DNA of 64,000 bases from the human T2T-CHM13v2.0 reference genome, Homo sapiens, in NCBI RefSeq assembly GCF_009914755.1, contig NC_060926.1; one strand, 5' to 3'. The notes below the pieces were generated by a model. It was not told the DNA's origin, did no database searches, and worked only from the letters and a program-made list of their open reading frames with translations. Position numbers and translations under genes: made by a program. This document shows positions 1 through 14,570 of the stretch, piece by piece. Within the stretch, counting starts at the first letter, position 1, and every line of letters begins with the position of its first letter.

Positions 1-231
1 TTTTCTCAGGCTTAAGTACCTATATTATTGCCTGGTGCAGGTAGAGGCTCAATAAATATTTGTTGAATAATTTAAAAACCAGTACATATATCAGTTGATT
101 TCCTCTTTTGGAAAGATCTACTAGATTACAAGTCTTATGAGGACATGAGCAATGTCTGTCTTATTCACCATTCCAGCCCCAGGTGCCTAACATACAGAAG
201 ATACTCAGTGAATATACAGTGAGTTAATAAA
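1..231 (+). mobile_element. Two degraded LINE-2 3'-end fragments
   Basis: Typical L2 tail motifs: 'gcctggtgcaggtagaggctcaataaatatttgttgaataa' and 'aagtcttatgaggacatgagcaatgtctgtcttattcacc...gtgcctaacatacagaagatactcagtgaata'. Confidence 0.6.
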
Positions 232-489
232 TTCAGGCATTGCCTACCACATAAATCCTGAAAAAGATAGATTTTAACTTTTAAAACCAGTTTCTGTGTT
301 GCCTTATGAGATTCCTAGACATTAGCTGAGTTCCTTGACTAATAGGACCTACATCTCTTCAGTTATATTCTGGTTCTCTATAGTAAGTTTGTCTAACAAA
401 CACTCATGAAATAGATTGTGTCTTTTGATATCTTAAGAACTCCGCTGCCATATTCCAATAATTCGTCGTGGGTGTCCTTGAAGATAGCT

Positions 490-725
490 GTAGCATAATG
501 AATACACGTTGTGGAATTTGAATGTCTGAATTTGAATCCTATCTCTGTTCCTTGCTAGTTGTGCAAAATGCTCAAATTCTCTGCAACTCACTTTGCTTAC
601 CTATAAAATATGAATAAAGTCATACCCATCCCAGAGGATTTCATGAGAAAAATATGAGTTAATTAACACACAAGAACTTCTCAGTAGTAAATCTAACACA
701 TATTAAGTGATGAATAAATATGCCC
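490..725 (+). mobile_element. MIR SINE (degraded)
   Basis: MIR-like 'tctgaatttgaatcctatctctgttccttgctagttgtg...ctcactttgcttacctataaaatatgaataa...cagaggatttcatgag'. Confidence 0.6.
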
Positions 726-1699
726 TATGACTGCTACTTTTTGTGATAACATTTCCCTTTTTATTGTTATCCAAGGTAACTCCCTAGATATCTCTCCCAC
801 ATCCACTTCTCAATCTCAGATACCTTAATCCCTTAAATCCTGCAAACTATTACTGGAAATAAACATATTAACTAATATAATATGTGACTAATCTTATGTT
901 TAATTTAAAACTTAACTTTAGAAGATGTAATCCTCCAGATATTCCCATATATACTCACATTTAAAGAATAAATAAAAGAAGATAGTGGAAAGCAATCCCT
1001 GAAAAGTTGCTAATTTCCTTCAAATATTAAACTGTAGAGCACCACCAATTTTATTCATATTCAGAAATGTTTCCTCTTCTCCCACGCATTTTATTTAAAT
1101 GATGTATCTCTCTTTAATTTTATTATTTTTCATGCACGTGGTGACCCACATTTGTTACTGGCAATAAATTATTAATAAACAATGAGTCAGGATATAGCAG
1201 CTTTTTAGTAGTTGTTTCATCCATGTGTTTGCAATATGCTAGGTCACGCCATTTGCAGGATGTTTGTGTATTCACTAGGGAGCCATGAACAATGGAACTG
1301 TTGGAAATATCTGGCTTCGTGGTGTACTATAGAAAATGAAAAATTCTAGAGACAGCTGTGTAACATAAGCAACGGTTGGAGAAACTGCATCTAGAAAAAT
1401 GCAAGCCTTGAGCTTCTGTGTTATAAATGAACTAGAATAAATATCATGCTCTTTCCTTGTTGACTATCTAAAGTTTATTTTTATAAGATTTGGAGTAAAT
1501 GTTGCAGTACTGCAATATTTGTAAAATAATTTAGCAATGCATTCTATTTCTTAAATTATATATACATGAACACATATGTATGTATAGATACACATGCACA
1601 CACATATATATGTATGTATAGATACACACACAACACGTCTCTACTTACTTTTATTATTTTTACATACCCACTATATTTACAGAAAAAAATATAAAGGCT

Positions 1700-2830
1700 A
1701 ATATTACAACATGCAAAAAGAAACTAACTTTATATTGTGTTCTTTAAATACAGTTTTCTACGAAAACAAACCAGGATTCTTTGGAAAAAGTCAGATTACA
1801 AATCTGCGGTAAAAAAATGCACAAGTTTAGCCTAATATGTCTTGTTAATGGATGGAAATAAAATATCAAAAATCTATATGCTCATACATGGACATTTCTA
1901 GAGGTTGCTATGGTTGGAACTCATTGTTAGAAAGGAAAAAGCTCAAATATCTAGTCTATCCTTCCTTTGTGGATTATATTTCAGACAAATCAAATAGTGT
2001 GAGAAAGTTTTTTTTTTTCCCCACATAGAAGAGCCTCAGTTAATGGAGTTGGAAGAAATGATAGCATTAGAAGATTATCATTTTAAAATACCAAAATAAA
2101 TGATGGGCTGTACTCCTAATGACTGCTAAACCACTGGGAGACAAATTCATGGCAAACTCTTCAAAAAGTCAGGCTGACTACACCTGAACCCAGATAAATC
2201 TTAGAATCACTAAAAGCGAATATTCAAACATTAAACACTTCCTAATGTGAAGCAATAAGAAAAAAACAGTATCCATGTAAAGTTATTTTTGCTAAAATTG
2301 TGTACCTAAATATAAACAAGTTTTTAATAGCACTTTACAGGAAATACAAGGGAAAGGGGATCTAAATGACTTCATGATGATACAATCAATGAAATTACAA
2401 ATCAGAGGCACTGTTGGAAACATATCTCAGTTTCAACTCAAACGGCACAAAAAATGGAAGAAAGGATGTTACAAATTTAAAACAAGAGACATGTCAATCA
2501 AAGCACATATGTATGTCCTGTTGAGATATGCAACTAGGGAAAATATGGTGAGTTTTAGATAAATCAATAAATTATTTGTAATTCTATTGGATGTGATAAT
2601 GACATTGTGGCTATATTTTATAAATATCCAGATATATTGCAAACATATACTCAAGTATTTGCAGTTGAAATTCTATGATATCTGCAATTTGTTTTTAAAT
2701 ACTCTGGAAAAATATGAGGGATAGAAGAACTAAATGTGTGGAATAATGATAATTGTTGGGCTGATGGGTTATTGATTTAATTATATAATGCTCTATTCTT
2801 TCTAAATGTTTGAAAAACATTATAAGATAG
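1700..2830 (+). mobile_element. Ancient L1M (L1MC/L1ME-type) 3' UTR fragments
   Basis: Resembles old L1M 3' ends, e.g. 'aattatttgtaattctattggatgtgataatgacattgtggctat' and 'gggtttattgatttaattatataatgctctattctt'. Boundaries approximate. Confidence 0.45.
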
Positions 2831-3095
2831 AGCTAAAATATACAGGAAAACAAGTAAACAGGACGCTTTTGGCTGAGTATTATAGAGTGCCTACAAATAA
2901 ATATGAGTATATTTGAAAATTTTAGTGAATATTAAATATGGTAGTTGAGATATGGGTAAAGGATGCTTGTTTAGTATTAGGAACGGCATAAGGATTTTAG
3001 CACCAAAAGAAAATATTGAAGTCATTATATAAGAGGATGCACAATGTCAACACAGAAAATAATGACAGCTTTAATAATCACTTTTAAGAATTTGA

Positions 3096-3454
<359 letters not shown>

Positions 3455-3816
3455 TTAGGTTCCAATCAGCTGTGACATTTCACCACTTCCCTGAGGGATC
3501 TGTTAGATTTCAATGGTTGAAGTGCTTGGTGCAACCAAAGAGAAAGGCATGGACTATCTAACTTTTATTCCCCTGTCAAACCATGGAGCAATAGTAAGCC
3601 TGGAGAGTTAAAACAATTCCTTTTCAGTGTTTGTAGAAGAATCTGAATCCCTGGGAGAGATCAAGAGTGCAGTTTAGGGTGGAAAGCCAGATTGGTAGAA
3701 TTCTCTCCTGGCTAGATACCTAGACAAGTGTGGGGAAAGGAGCAAAAACTTGTAATAGCAAACGACTGGACACAATCTAATTCTCTACAAATAAAAAGGG
3801 GGTGTTTGAAGATACA

Positions 3817-3933
3817 TAGATGGATGGATGGATGGGTGGATGGGTGGATGGATGGATGGATGGATGGATGGATAAATGGATGGATAGATGGATGGATGGA
3901 GAGAGAGCGATAGATAGATAGATGATAGATAGA
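3817..3933. repeat. Compound (GGAT)n/(GATA)n microsatellite
   Basis: Directly visible; explains the WMDG and HPSI ORFs. Confidence 0.95.
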
Positions 3934-4285
3934 TTCACACACATATGCTTATATAGCTAAAAAAAGATGGATAAATGGATCAGCCAAACTAATGAAAATA
4001 TTACACATGAGAGTTTGAATAAAAAAGAGATCAGAAGTAAACACTACTATTCTCTGCACCTTGTTTTAAAATTTTGACTTTGGAATCATGTGTAATGTAC
4101 TATATGACTATAAAACAAAATCAAATAAAAACCAAAAGTTATCTAAAACTGTTAAAACAAAAATACCCATAAATACAGAAAGAGAAAAATTATTTTAGTC
4201 ACTTTAAAGCACAGGAATTAGACTCTGGAATACATTCAAAGGTTTGAAAACCTGAACTGTATCTAGCAAATATGTTTACAGAAAA

Positions 4286-4462
4286 AGTATATAAAAAATA
4301 TAACATATATTTAATATATAATATATTATATATTTATATAAAATTTACTTATATTTATTTATTTATATTTACATATTTTATAAAGTATGTATTATATTAT
4401 ATATAATATATAAAATATATTTCATATATTTTATATAAATATACATAATATATAAATATATT
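4286..4462. repeat. TA-rich low-complexity tract
   Basis: Almost purely A/T degenerate (TA)n sequence. Confidence 0.85.
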
Positions 4463-4483
4463 GCATTACACTTGCAATGTAAG

Positions 4484-4895
4484 TGTTATGGTTAATATTG
4501 AGTGTCAACTTGATTGGACTGAGGGATACAAAGTATTAATCCTGGGTGTGTCAGTGTGGGTGTTGCCAAAAGAGATGAACATTTGAGTCAGTATACTGGG
4601 GAAGGCAGATCCACCCTTAATCTGGTGGGCACGATCTAATTAGCTTCTAGCCAATATGAAACAGGCAGAAAAACGTAGAAAACCAAGAAGCGCCTAGCCT
4701 CCCAGCCTCCATCTTTCTCCCATGCTGGATGCTTCATGCCCTCGAACATCCAAATTCTTCATTTTGGGGACTTAGACTGGCTCTGCACACAGCTTGCACA
4801 CAGCCTATTGTGGAACCTTGTGATAGTGTAAGTTAATATTTAATAATCATATATCCTATTAGTTCTGTCCCTCTAAGAGAACCCTGACTAATACA
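4484..4895 (+). mobile_element. MLT2A 5' LTR of HERV-L provirus
   Basis: Starts TG ('tgttatggttaatattgagtgtcaacttgattgg'), ends 'gagaaccctgactaataca'. Direct repeat of 7258-7679. Followed by PBS-like 'tggtaccaggattggttc'. Confidence 0.93.
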
Positions 4896-7257
4896 GATTT
4901 TGGTACCAGGATTGGTTCTAGAGAAACAGAATATGAAGGATGGAGTTCTTCCACTGGTCCTGGGGTTTCTGGAGTTGGCTGCCTAATATGATTAGACTCA
5001 AAAATGCTAAGGACTCTACTTCCAATAGTATGGAGAACACTGATAGTCCTTGGCATGAACTGTTTAGAAAGTTATACAAAATAAATGCATTTGACACTCC
5101 TGATTCATCACTCATGAGAGGCAAGGAGTTTAGTGACTCTATACATAATACCTTTGACCATATGTGGAGAACCAAGGAACATAATGAAGCTCGTTGCTTG
5201 CTCTTAAGTTCAGTGGACAAAAATGATGAAAGAAAATGATGAACTCAGGGATTCTGTCTCCTGGCTTCAGAAGCAGATACTGAGCCTCAAATCTGTTAAG
5301 ATTGCCCTCTGTGAGAATCTTATCTCCTATAGAGAAAGAGCTGAAATTGTGGAAAAACAGACACAAGCTCTTATCATGAGAATAGCTGATTTGCAACAAA
5401 AGATGCATGCACAGCCTCACCAGGTGTTTACCGTTAAAGTGAGGGTATTGATTGGAAAAGAATGGGACACTGCAACTTGGAATAGGGACATGTGGGAGGA
5501 CCCTGATGAAGCTGGGACACAGAGTTTGTAAACTCTGATGAACATTTTTTTGCCAGAAGGAACAGCTTTCCCATCCCCAGTAGGGGCAGCATCCTCTCCC
5601 ACACCCATGCTACCATCAGCCTTTCCACCTTTGTCTGAGGAGATAAACCCTGTGGTGCCTGAGGCAATAGTGATGGCCTTTCCTGAGGCAGTTGGCAGGC
5701 AAGGTAATGTTGATTCTCCTCAGGAGCCACCCCCAACACTTCTGTTTGCTTCTAGACCTATAACTAGACTAAAGTCCCAGTGGGCCCCTAGAGGTGAGGT
5801 TGAGAGTGTGACCCATGAGGTACTGTGCTACCCTTAAAAACAACTGTTTGAATTATCTAATTTAGATAAACAGAAATCTGGAGGACAGGCATGGGAATAG
5901 ATATTAAGAGTATGGGATAATGGTGGAAGGAATGTAGAGTTGGATCAGGCTAAATTTAATGATTTGGGCCTGCTAAGTAGAGACTCTGCTTTTAATGTTG
6001 CAGCTTGGGGAGTTAAAAACTCTTCTAATAGTTTGTTGGCTTGGTTAGCCGAAACATGGATTAAAAGATGGCCCACTGTGAGTGAACTGGAAATGCCTGA
6101 TCTCCCTTGGATTAATGTAGAGGAAGGGATCCAAAGGCTTAAGGAGACTGGGATGGTGGAGTGGATTAGTCACTTGAGACCTACTCATCCCAGCTGGGAG
6201 GGTCCAGAAGATATACCCTTGACCAATGCCTGTGAAATAGATTTGTGAAGGCAGCATCTGCGTCTTTGAAGAGCGCCTATAATTGCTCTTCTCTGTATGT
6301 CAGATTGAAGAATGGGAACCGCAGTCACTCAACTACAAATTTTAAATATGTTGGGAATAATTGCATCCTGAGGTGGCAGGGGCCAAGTGATAGCACTCAA
6401 TTGTCAAAGGCAAGGTGGGTATAGCTGCTGTAATTAACAGCAGAGGCAAAACAACAATCAGAATTGTCTGACTCATGTACAACTCTGGCATTGACTAATA
6501 AATTATGGTGTTCCTAGAAGTTAAATTGATAGGAAGCCTATGCCACTTGAACATTTTGGATTTGGGGCTCCTCCTACATTTAAGTCAACAGGCTAAGAAG
6601 GGACTTACAGTGTTGGCTGGGGTGATTGACCCAGACTATCTAGATGAAATCAGTCTACTACTCCACAATGGACGTAAGCATCAAATATAGGACATCCATT
6701 AGGGCATCTCTCAGTATTAGCATGCCTTGTAATTAAGGTCAATGGAAAACTACAATAGCCCAATCCAGGCAGGACTACAAATGGCCCAGACCCTTCAGGA
6801 ATGAAGGTTTGGGTCACTTCACCAGGAAAAAACCATGACCTGCTGAGGTGCTTACTGAAGGCAAAGGGAATACAGAATAAGTAGAAGAAAGTAGTCATCA
6901 ATACCTGCTATGACTATATGACCAGCTGCAGATATGAGGACTGTAATTGTCATTAGTATTTCCTCCTTCTTTTGTTAAAAACATATTTGTACATGTATAC
7001 CCTTGTACTAAGAAAATATCTTCATTTTATTTCCTTTTTCTTTATTATGTGGCATAAAATTTATTGACTTCATATCAACGTTTAAGTATTGTTAACTTTA
7101 TGTAATAGTATTTGGGTTGGGGATTGGTGCATTTCCAGTTGTAGGAAGGATAGTTGTATTATGTTAGCTATAATTATGACCTTATTACTGTATTTATTTG
7201 AAGATTATGTATGATCTCAGGAGATGTGTATGGGTTCAAGTTGACAAGAGGTGGAGT
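4896..7257 (+). pseudogene. HERV-L internal region: frameshifted gag, large deletion of pro/pol, then dUTPase remnant and 3' region
   Basis: ORFs at 4940-6248 give HERV-L Gag peptides (DSPWHELF, LIGKEWD, WIKRWPTVSELEMPDLPW). ORF 6505-6690 has the dUTPase motif GVIDPDY. Only ~2.4 kb lies between the LTRs. Confidence 0.92.
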
Positions 7258-7679
7258 TGTGATGGTTAATACTGTCAACTTGATTGAATTGAGGGATACA
7301 AGTATTGATCCTGGATGTGTCTGTGAGGATGCTGCCAAAAGAGATTAACATTTGAGTCAGTGGGCTGGGGAAGGCAGATCCACCCTTAATCTAGGGGGCA
7401 CAATCTAATCATCTTCCATCAAATATAAAGCAGGCAGAAAAACATGAAAAAGTGAGATGAGTCTAGCCTCCCAGCCTCCATCTTTCTCCTTTGCTGGATG
7501 CTTCCTGCCCTCAAACATTGGATTCCATGTTCTTCAGTTTGGGGACTCGGACTGGCAGTCCTTGCTCTTCAGCTTGCAGAAAGCCTCCTGTGGGACCTAG
7601 TGATCATGTGGGTTAATGTTTAATAAACTCATATATATATATCCTATTAGTTCTGTCCCTGTAAGAGAACCCTAATACG
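7258..7679 (+). mobile_element. MLT2A 3' LTR of HERV-L provirus
   Basis: 'tgtgatggttaatactgtcaacttgattgaattgaggg...gagaaccctaatacg', preceded by a purine-rich PPT-like tract; homologous to 4484-4895. Confidence 0.93.
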
Positions 7680-7994
7680 GTATTATATTAAACAGAATAT
7701 TTTAAACTTCATATGCATGTATGTTTGTATACATATGTACACACATGTACCTATATGTATATAATAGAAAATTAGTAAATTATAATAAAATATTTAGGAA
7801 TTAAGATTTTCAAAGTAAGAATAAAAAGATCACAATATGAAACTTAAAAAGTTAAGTAAATATAGTAAATAAACTTATGATGTATTTTTCCCTTTTAAAG
7901 AAATGTACTTTTTAGCTCATGCCACTGAAAAGGCCTAAAAGCAATGTCTAAATCAGAAAGCAGTGATTACCACAAGTCCCCAGGTATGAATCCT

Positions 7995-8488
7995 CGTGAT
8001 GGATAAAACCTAAAGTGACCCCCAATGAATCATGCCCTTATATAATCCCCTCCCCCTTGAGTGTGTGCAGAACTTGCCTCTAGCTAACAGAATGAACAAA
8101 GATGATGAGGTGCCACTTTCATGATTAACTACAAACTCTCTATGAGCAGGTTTTAGTGAGAAAGATTCTCCTGCTGGCCTTGAAGATGCAGACTGCTGTG
8201 ACGTGAACTACCTAGGAGAGAGGGTCGTGTGGCAGGAAATTGTATGTGGCATCCAAGACTAGACAGTGGCCTCCAGCTGACAGTTGATAATAAGCTGTGC
8301 CTTTAGTCTCACAGCCACAAGAGAATGAATTCTGACACCCACCTAAATGAATTTGGAAGCAGATTCTTCTCTAGTCAAGCGTGCAGATAAAAATTCAGTA
8401 CAGCTAACTGCTTGAGTTCAGCCTTGTGATACCCTGAGAAAAAGACTGAGATAAGTCATGCCTAAATTTCTGACCCACAGAAATTATG

Positions 8489-8522
<34 letters not shown>

Positions 8523-8572
8523 AAGAGACTACTTTGTGGAAATTTGTCACACAAAAATAGGAAACTATTATA
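7995..8572 (+). mobile_element. MaLR MLT1 (E/F-like) solo LTR with an internal (TG)n at 8492-8518
   Basis: MLT1 motifs 'taatcccctcccccttgagtgtgtgcagaacttg', 'ctcctgctggccttgaaga', 'ttggaagcagattcttc', 'tctgacccacagaaattatg', and end 'aataggaaactattata'. Confidence 0.75.
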
Positions 8573-9344
8573 GACTCGAAATACTTTTTATCACTAAGAG
8601 GAACCAAGAACCCTTGAATAATTGACTGGTTTCAGATCTGCCTATAGAAATATACTAGAAATATACTAGATAATGCTAAACATGTTTTCATACCAGAAAG
8701 CAAATAATCTTAAAAACTATGGTGGTTTTGTTAAAACAGCACATAGGAATCAACTTGAAGACCGTCTATAGGTTAGATATGAGAAAATTTGATATCAAGA
8801 AAAATAGTGAACAGCAAAACACTGAAATGTATTAGATAGGTTACATTCTAGGTATTCCAGTGAAACCCCCTTGGTTAATTTTGAAACTTGGTGTGGCATC
8901 ATATTATTTCACTGGCACCATCTCATTATCTCAAACTATTATAGAAAAGGAAAGATGGCATCTATGTTATCTTTAATAAATGAACACTATAAGTTAATGT
9001 AAATAGTGGATATATAAAAATTATTTGTAGGAGAATCCTAACTTAGAAATGCAGAAAGTGATAAAATTAGAATATAACTGTTCTCCAATCCCTAATAAAC
9101 TGATGCACCTAGGCAATTATCAATAGCTACTTTAAACTATTAGGTAAAAAAGCTGATGGCATCTTTACAAGAGGATAAGCCTAACCACCTAACCCTACCT
9201 ATCAACCTTAACTTCACTTTAAAAGAGAGACAACCAGACATAATGGTTTTTCCTGATGTGATGCAGTAGGAAGCTCAATGAACTTCCTATGAAATGACCT
9301 TGCCAAATTGTTGAACATGAATCTCATAAAGTACCAGATCTGTC

Positions 9345-10330
9345 ATGTTTTTAAACTTTTATTTTGACATAACAGGCTTTCAGAAAAGTTGCAAGAATAG
9401 TACAAATAATTTCCATACACTTTTCATCCAGCTTACCCAAATATTAACATTTTGCCATATTTATCTTTCTTCTTCCTGTTCTTCCTCCTCTTCTTCATTC
9501 TTTCTCTTTCTCTCTTTAAGTATGAATACATGCAGTAATGCATAGCTTAATGACAAGGCTATGTTCTGAGAAATGTGTCTTCAAGTAATTTCATCATTGT
9601 GTGAACATCATAGAGTGTATTTACACAAACCTAGATAGTACCACCTACTACATACTTTGGCTATATGGTAAAGCTTATTGCTCCTAGGCTACATACCCGT
9701 ACCGTGTGTTATTGTTTTGAACACTGTAAACAATTGTACCACAACAGTAAGTATTTTTGTGTCTAAACATATCTAAACAAAGAAAGGTAATATATTGCTC
9801 TATGATGTTATGAAGGCTATGATGTCAATAAGCAATGGGAATTTTTCAGCCCCATTAGAATCTCATGGGACTACCGTTGCATATCATCATTCACTAAAAC
9901 ATTATTACGTGGTATGTGACTGTGTGTCTATATAAACATATAAGTATATATTTATATATGTTCACACATATATGCATTTTTTATAAACCACTTAATAAGT
10001 TATAGATACGACATTTTCCCCCTAAACATTTCAGTGTGTTTTTCTAAAAATAAGGACATTCTGTTACTAAGCCACGGTACAATGATAAAAACCAAGAGGA
10101 GATAGTCATATAATAGAATGAACTGTTTACAGACTTTATCAAATTTTGTCATTTGTCTCAATAATGTCTGTTATAGGAAAATGAAATCTCTCATTATGCA
10201 TTGCTTTTAGTTTTCATGTCTCTTTAGCATCTTTTAATCTGTAACAGTTCCTCAGTCTTCTTTTGTCTTTTTAATGACAGCAACATTTTTTTAAAAGTGC
10301 AGTAGAGTTGTGTTTTTTTCTTCTATTGAA
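9345..10330 (-). mobile_element. Old L1MC-type 3' fragments, interrupted by a Tigger element
   Basis: 'ttttattttgacataacaggctttcagaaaagttgcaagaatagtacaaataatttccata' and 'ctaaaaataaggacattctgttac' resemble antisense L1MC4/5 3' ends. Confidence 0.5.
9533..9922. mobile_element. TcMar-Tigger non-autonomous DNA transposon (Tigger3-like)
   Basis: Termini CAGTAATG...GTGACTG. Internal 'tgttctgagaaatg...catcatagagtgtatttacacaaacctagat...tattgctcctaggctaca' matches the Tigger3 family. Confidence 0.8.
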
Positions 10331-10407
10331 TATCGTTGTATTTGAGTACCTTCCATTATATGGGAAATACAGGAGAATGAGGAATATGTTAAAAAACACT
10401 GTAGGCA

Positions 10408-10668
10408 GCCAGCCATGATGGTTTATGCCTGTGATCTCAGCATTTTGGAGGGCCAAAGCAGAATTATTGCTTGAGGTCAGGAGTTTGAGACCAGCCTGAG
10501 CAACATAGTGAGAAAAAAATAAAAATAATAAAAAAATAGCCAGCCATGGGGGGTGCTCCCCTGTAGCCCCAGCTACTTTGGAGGCTGAGAGTGGAGGCTA
10601 CAATAAGCCTTAATCATGACACAGCACTCCCGCCTGGGCAAGAATGTGACCCTGTCTCAAACAAATAG
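10408..10668 (+). mobile_element. AluJ-type element, degraded with internal deletion
   Basis: 'ttgcttgaggtcaggagtttgagaccagcctgagcaacatagtgaga'; flanked by imperfect TSD AAAACACTG(T/C)A. Confidence 0.85.
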
Positions 10669-11174
10669 AAAACACTGCACGGGCAAACAGACAAATCCAG
10701 AATATGAGAACTTCCACAGGACAAAAGTCTTGGTTTCTTCAACAAATTAAAGACTATAGAAAAGAAAGTGATTATTATGGATTGAAAATCACAGGGAATA
10801 TATTCAAATGTACTATGCAGAACTGATTAAGATTCTGATTTTAATGAGCCAACTTTAAAATGTACATGTTTAGCAGTAAGATAAATTTGAAATTTGCTAG
10901 ATATAAAGAATTATTGTGAATTATTAGATACAATAATGCTATCATTATATAATTTTCAAAAATATTTCTTGTCTTCTAGAGATATATGCTGAATTGCTTA
11001 TGGTTAAACTGATAACATCTAGTTGGTGGTGAAGCGGATAGGCATAGATAAACAAGAATGCTTATATATTAATTAATGAATATCTTGGGACATAGGTACA
11101 TGAGGAGTTGTTATATCATTCTCTTCCTTTTGTATATAATAGAAAGTGTCATAATTAAACATTCTAAACAAAGA

Positions 11175-11772
11175 TCTGTGGAGGGGTGAATAGGCAGAGC
11201 ACACAAGATTTTTAAGGCAGTGAGAAGACTATATGCTATTTTAATGGTGGATACATGCCTTTATACATCTGTCCAAACCCATGCAATGTACAATACTGAG
11301 TGAACTTTAAGGTAAACGATGAACTGTGGATGATTATAAGTGAGAGCTGAACAATGAGAACACATGGACACAGGGAGGAGAATAACACTTACAGAGGCCT
11401 GTTGGGGGAGGGTTGGGGGTAAGAGCATTAGGGAAAAGAGCTAATGCGTGCTGGGCTTAATACTTGGGTGATGGGTTTATAGGTGCAGCAAACCACCATG
11501 GCACGTTTACCTATGTGACAAACCTGGACATCCTGCACATGTACCCTGGAACTTAAAAAAAAATTAAAAAATAAAGTCTTTGTTTAGGCAGTCAAAAAAA
11601 TAAACAATGTAGGTTTATTAATTGTAACAAATGTGTCACTCTGGTGGAGGACGTTGATAATGGATGAGGCTGTGCATAAGGCAGTATACATATGGGAAAT
11701 GTCTGTACTGTAACTTCCACTCAATTTTGCTGTGAACCTAAAACTGCTCTAACAAAATAAAGTCTATTTTAA
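11175..11772 (+). mobile_element. L1MC-type 3' end, split by a younger L1PA 3' fragment
   Basis: 'tgaataggcagagcacacaagatttttaaggcagtg...' resumes at 'aatgtaggtttattaattgtaacaaatgtgtcactctggtgg...tgaacctaaaactgctcta'. Confidence 0.7.
11335..11575 (+). mobile_element. 5'-truncated older L1PA 3' end (~240 bp)
   Basis: 'gagctgaacaatgagaacacatggacacaggg...gcagcaaaccaccatggcacg...cacatgtaccctggaacttaaaa' followed by an A-rich tail. Confidence 0.85.
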
Positions 11773-11799
11773 AAATCAAACTAACTGAAGGACTGAATG

Positions 11800-13790
<1,991 letters not shown>

Positions 13791-14124
13791 CAAGGTCTCT
13801 AAAGTCTTTCTTCCTGTGACATGTAAACACTTATGTATTCTAATTAGTACTCTCCTTTTCTCTCTTTTTTTCTCTGCCATTACATGACCATATGGTAGTA
13901 GCAGCTAATTTTACAGTTTATGTATCAGTTAAGACATATCTGAATCATTACCAAACTAGATTATAAATTTTATTTTTGCTTAGCAATCTTGGACCTGTAT
14001 TTGAAAGCACTAACTCTGAAGTCTTTGTCTTGTCTGTCATATATGATATAGGCAAAAAATACTTTATGTTGTACCTGAGAAAGGATACATTTTGATGTTT
14101 ATTAGCCAAATATATGAACTTTAA

Positions 14125-14570
14125 TAGACATTTGCCATTATTTGAAAAAAATATTGCTATATGTCCTAACTCTCCTTCATGTTTTGGGGGAACTCCTCAT
14201 TTTATGAGTACTGTTGGCAAGTAGAGTGCTCCTTTTTTCTTTATGAAACCTAAAGATGCCTGCTTGCTTTCCCAGTCTCACTTGGAGCTAAGGTGCAAAC
14301 CCATGATCTAGGTCCACTAATAAAATGTACACACCTCAGACTTTGAATCAAGAGCTAGTGGTGCTAAGACTGGAACATACATATAATTCTGCAAGAGGCC
14401 ATGGTGATAACACCAAAATGATGCTCTTCAGTCAGCAGTGGTATTAAGTCTGAAAGAAGCATCCAGACAGCAACATATTCAGAGTGGGTTGGTATGAAAA
14501 TTAAATGAGATTTTATGAGTCATGGTGTTACACAATGTTCTGATGGTTGTGTTCTTAACAGCTAATTCCA
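14125..14570 (+). mobile_element. LTR33-like ERV-L LTR
   Basis: 'ctttcccagtctcacttggagctaaggtgcaaacccatgatctagg...cagactttgaatcaagagctagtg' matches the recalled LTR33 core. It lies just 3' of the ERV-L relic. Ends approximate. Confidence 0.55.

Noticed and set aside
400-490. CpG-containing stretch with a possible minus-strand acceptor (AIFKDTHDELLEYGSG)
   Set aside because: No convincing donor, peptide not recognised, and it abuts a MIR.
1555-1640. Short direct repeats with spacers (also 8645-8670 and 22135-22215)
   Set aside because: Slippage-type local duplications in low-complexity DNA; only two copies each, so not CRISPR-like arrays.
3712-3942. Repetitive WMDG/HPSI ORFs
   Set aside because: These are translations of the (GGAT)n microsatellite.
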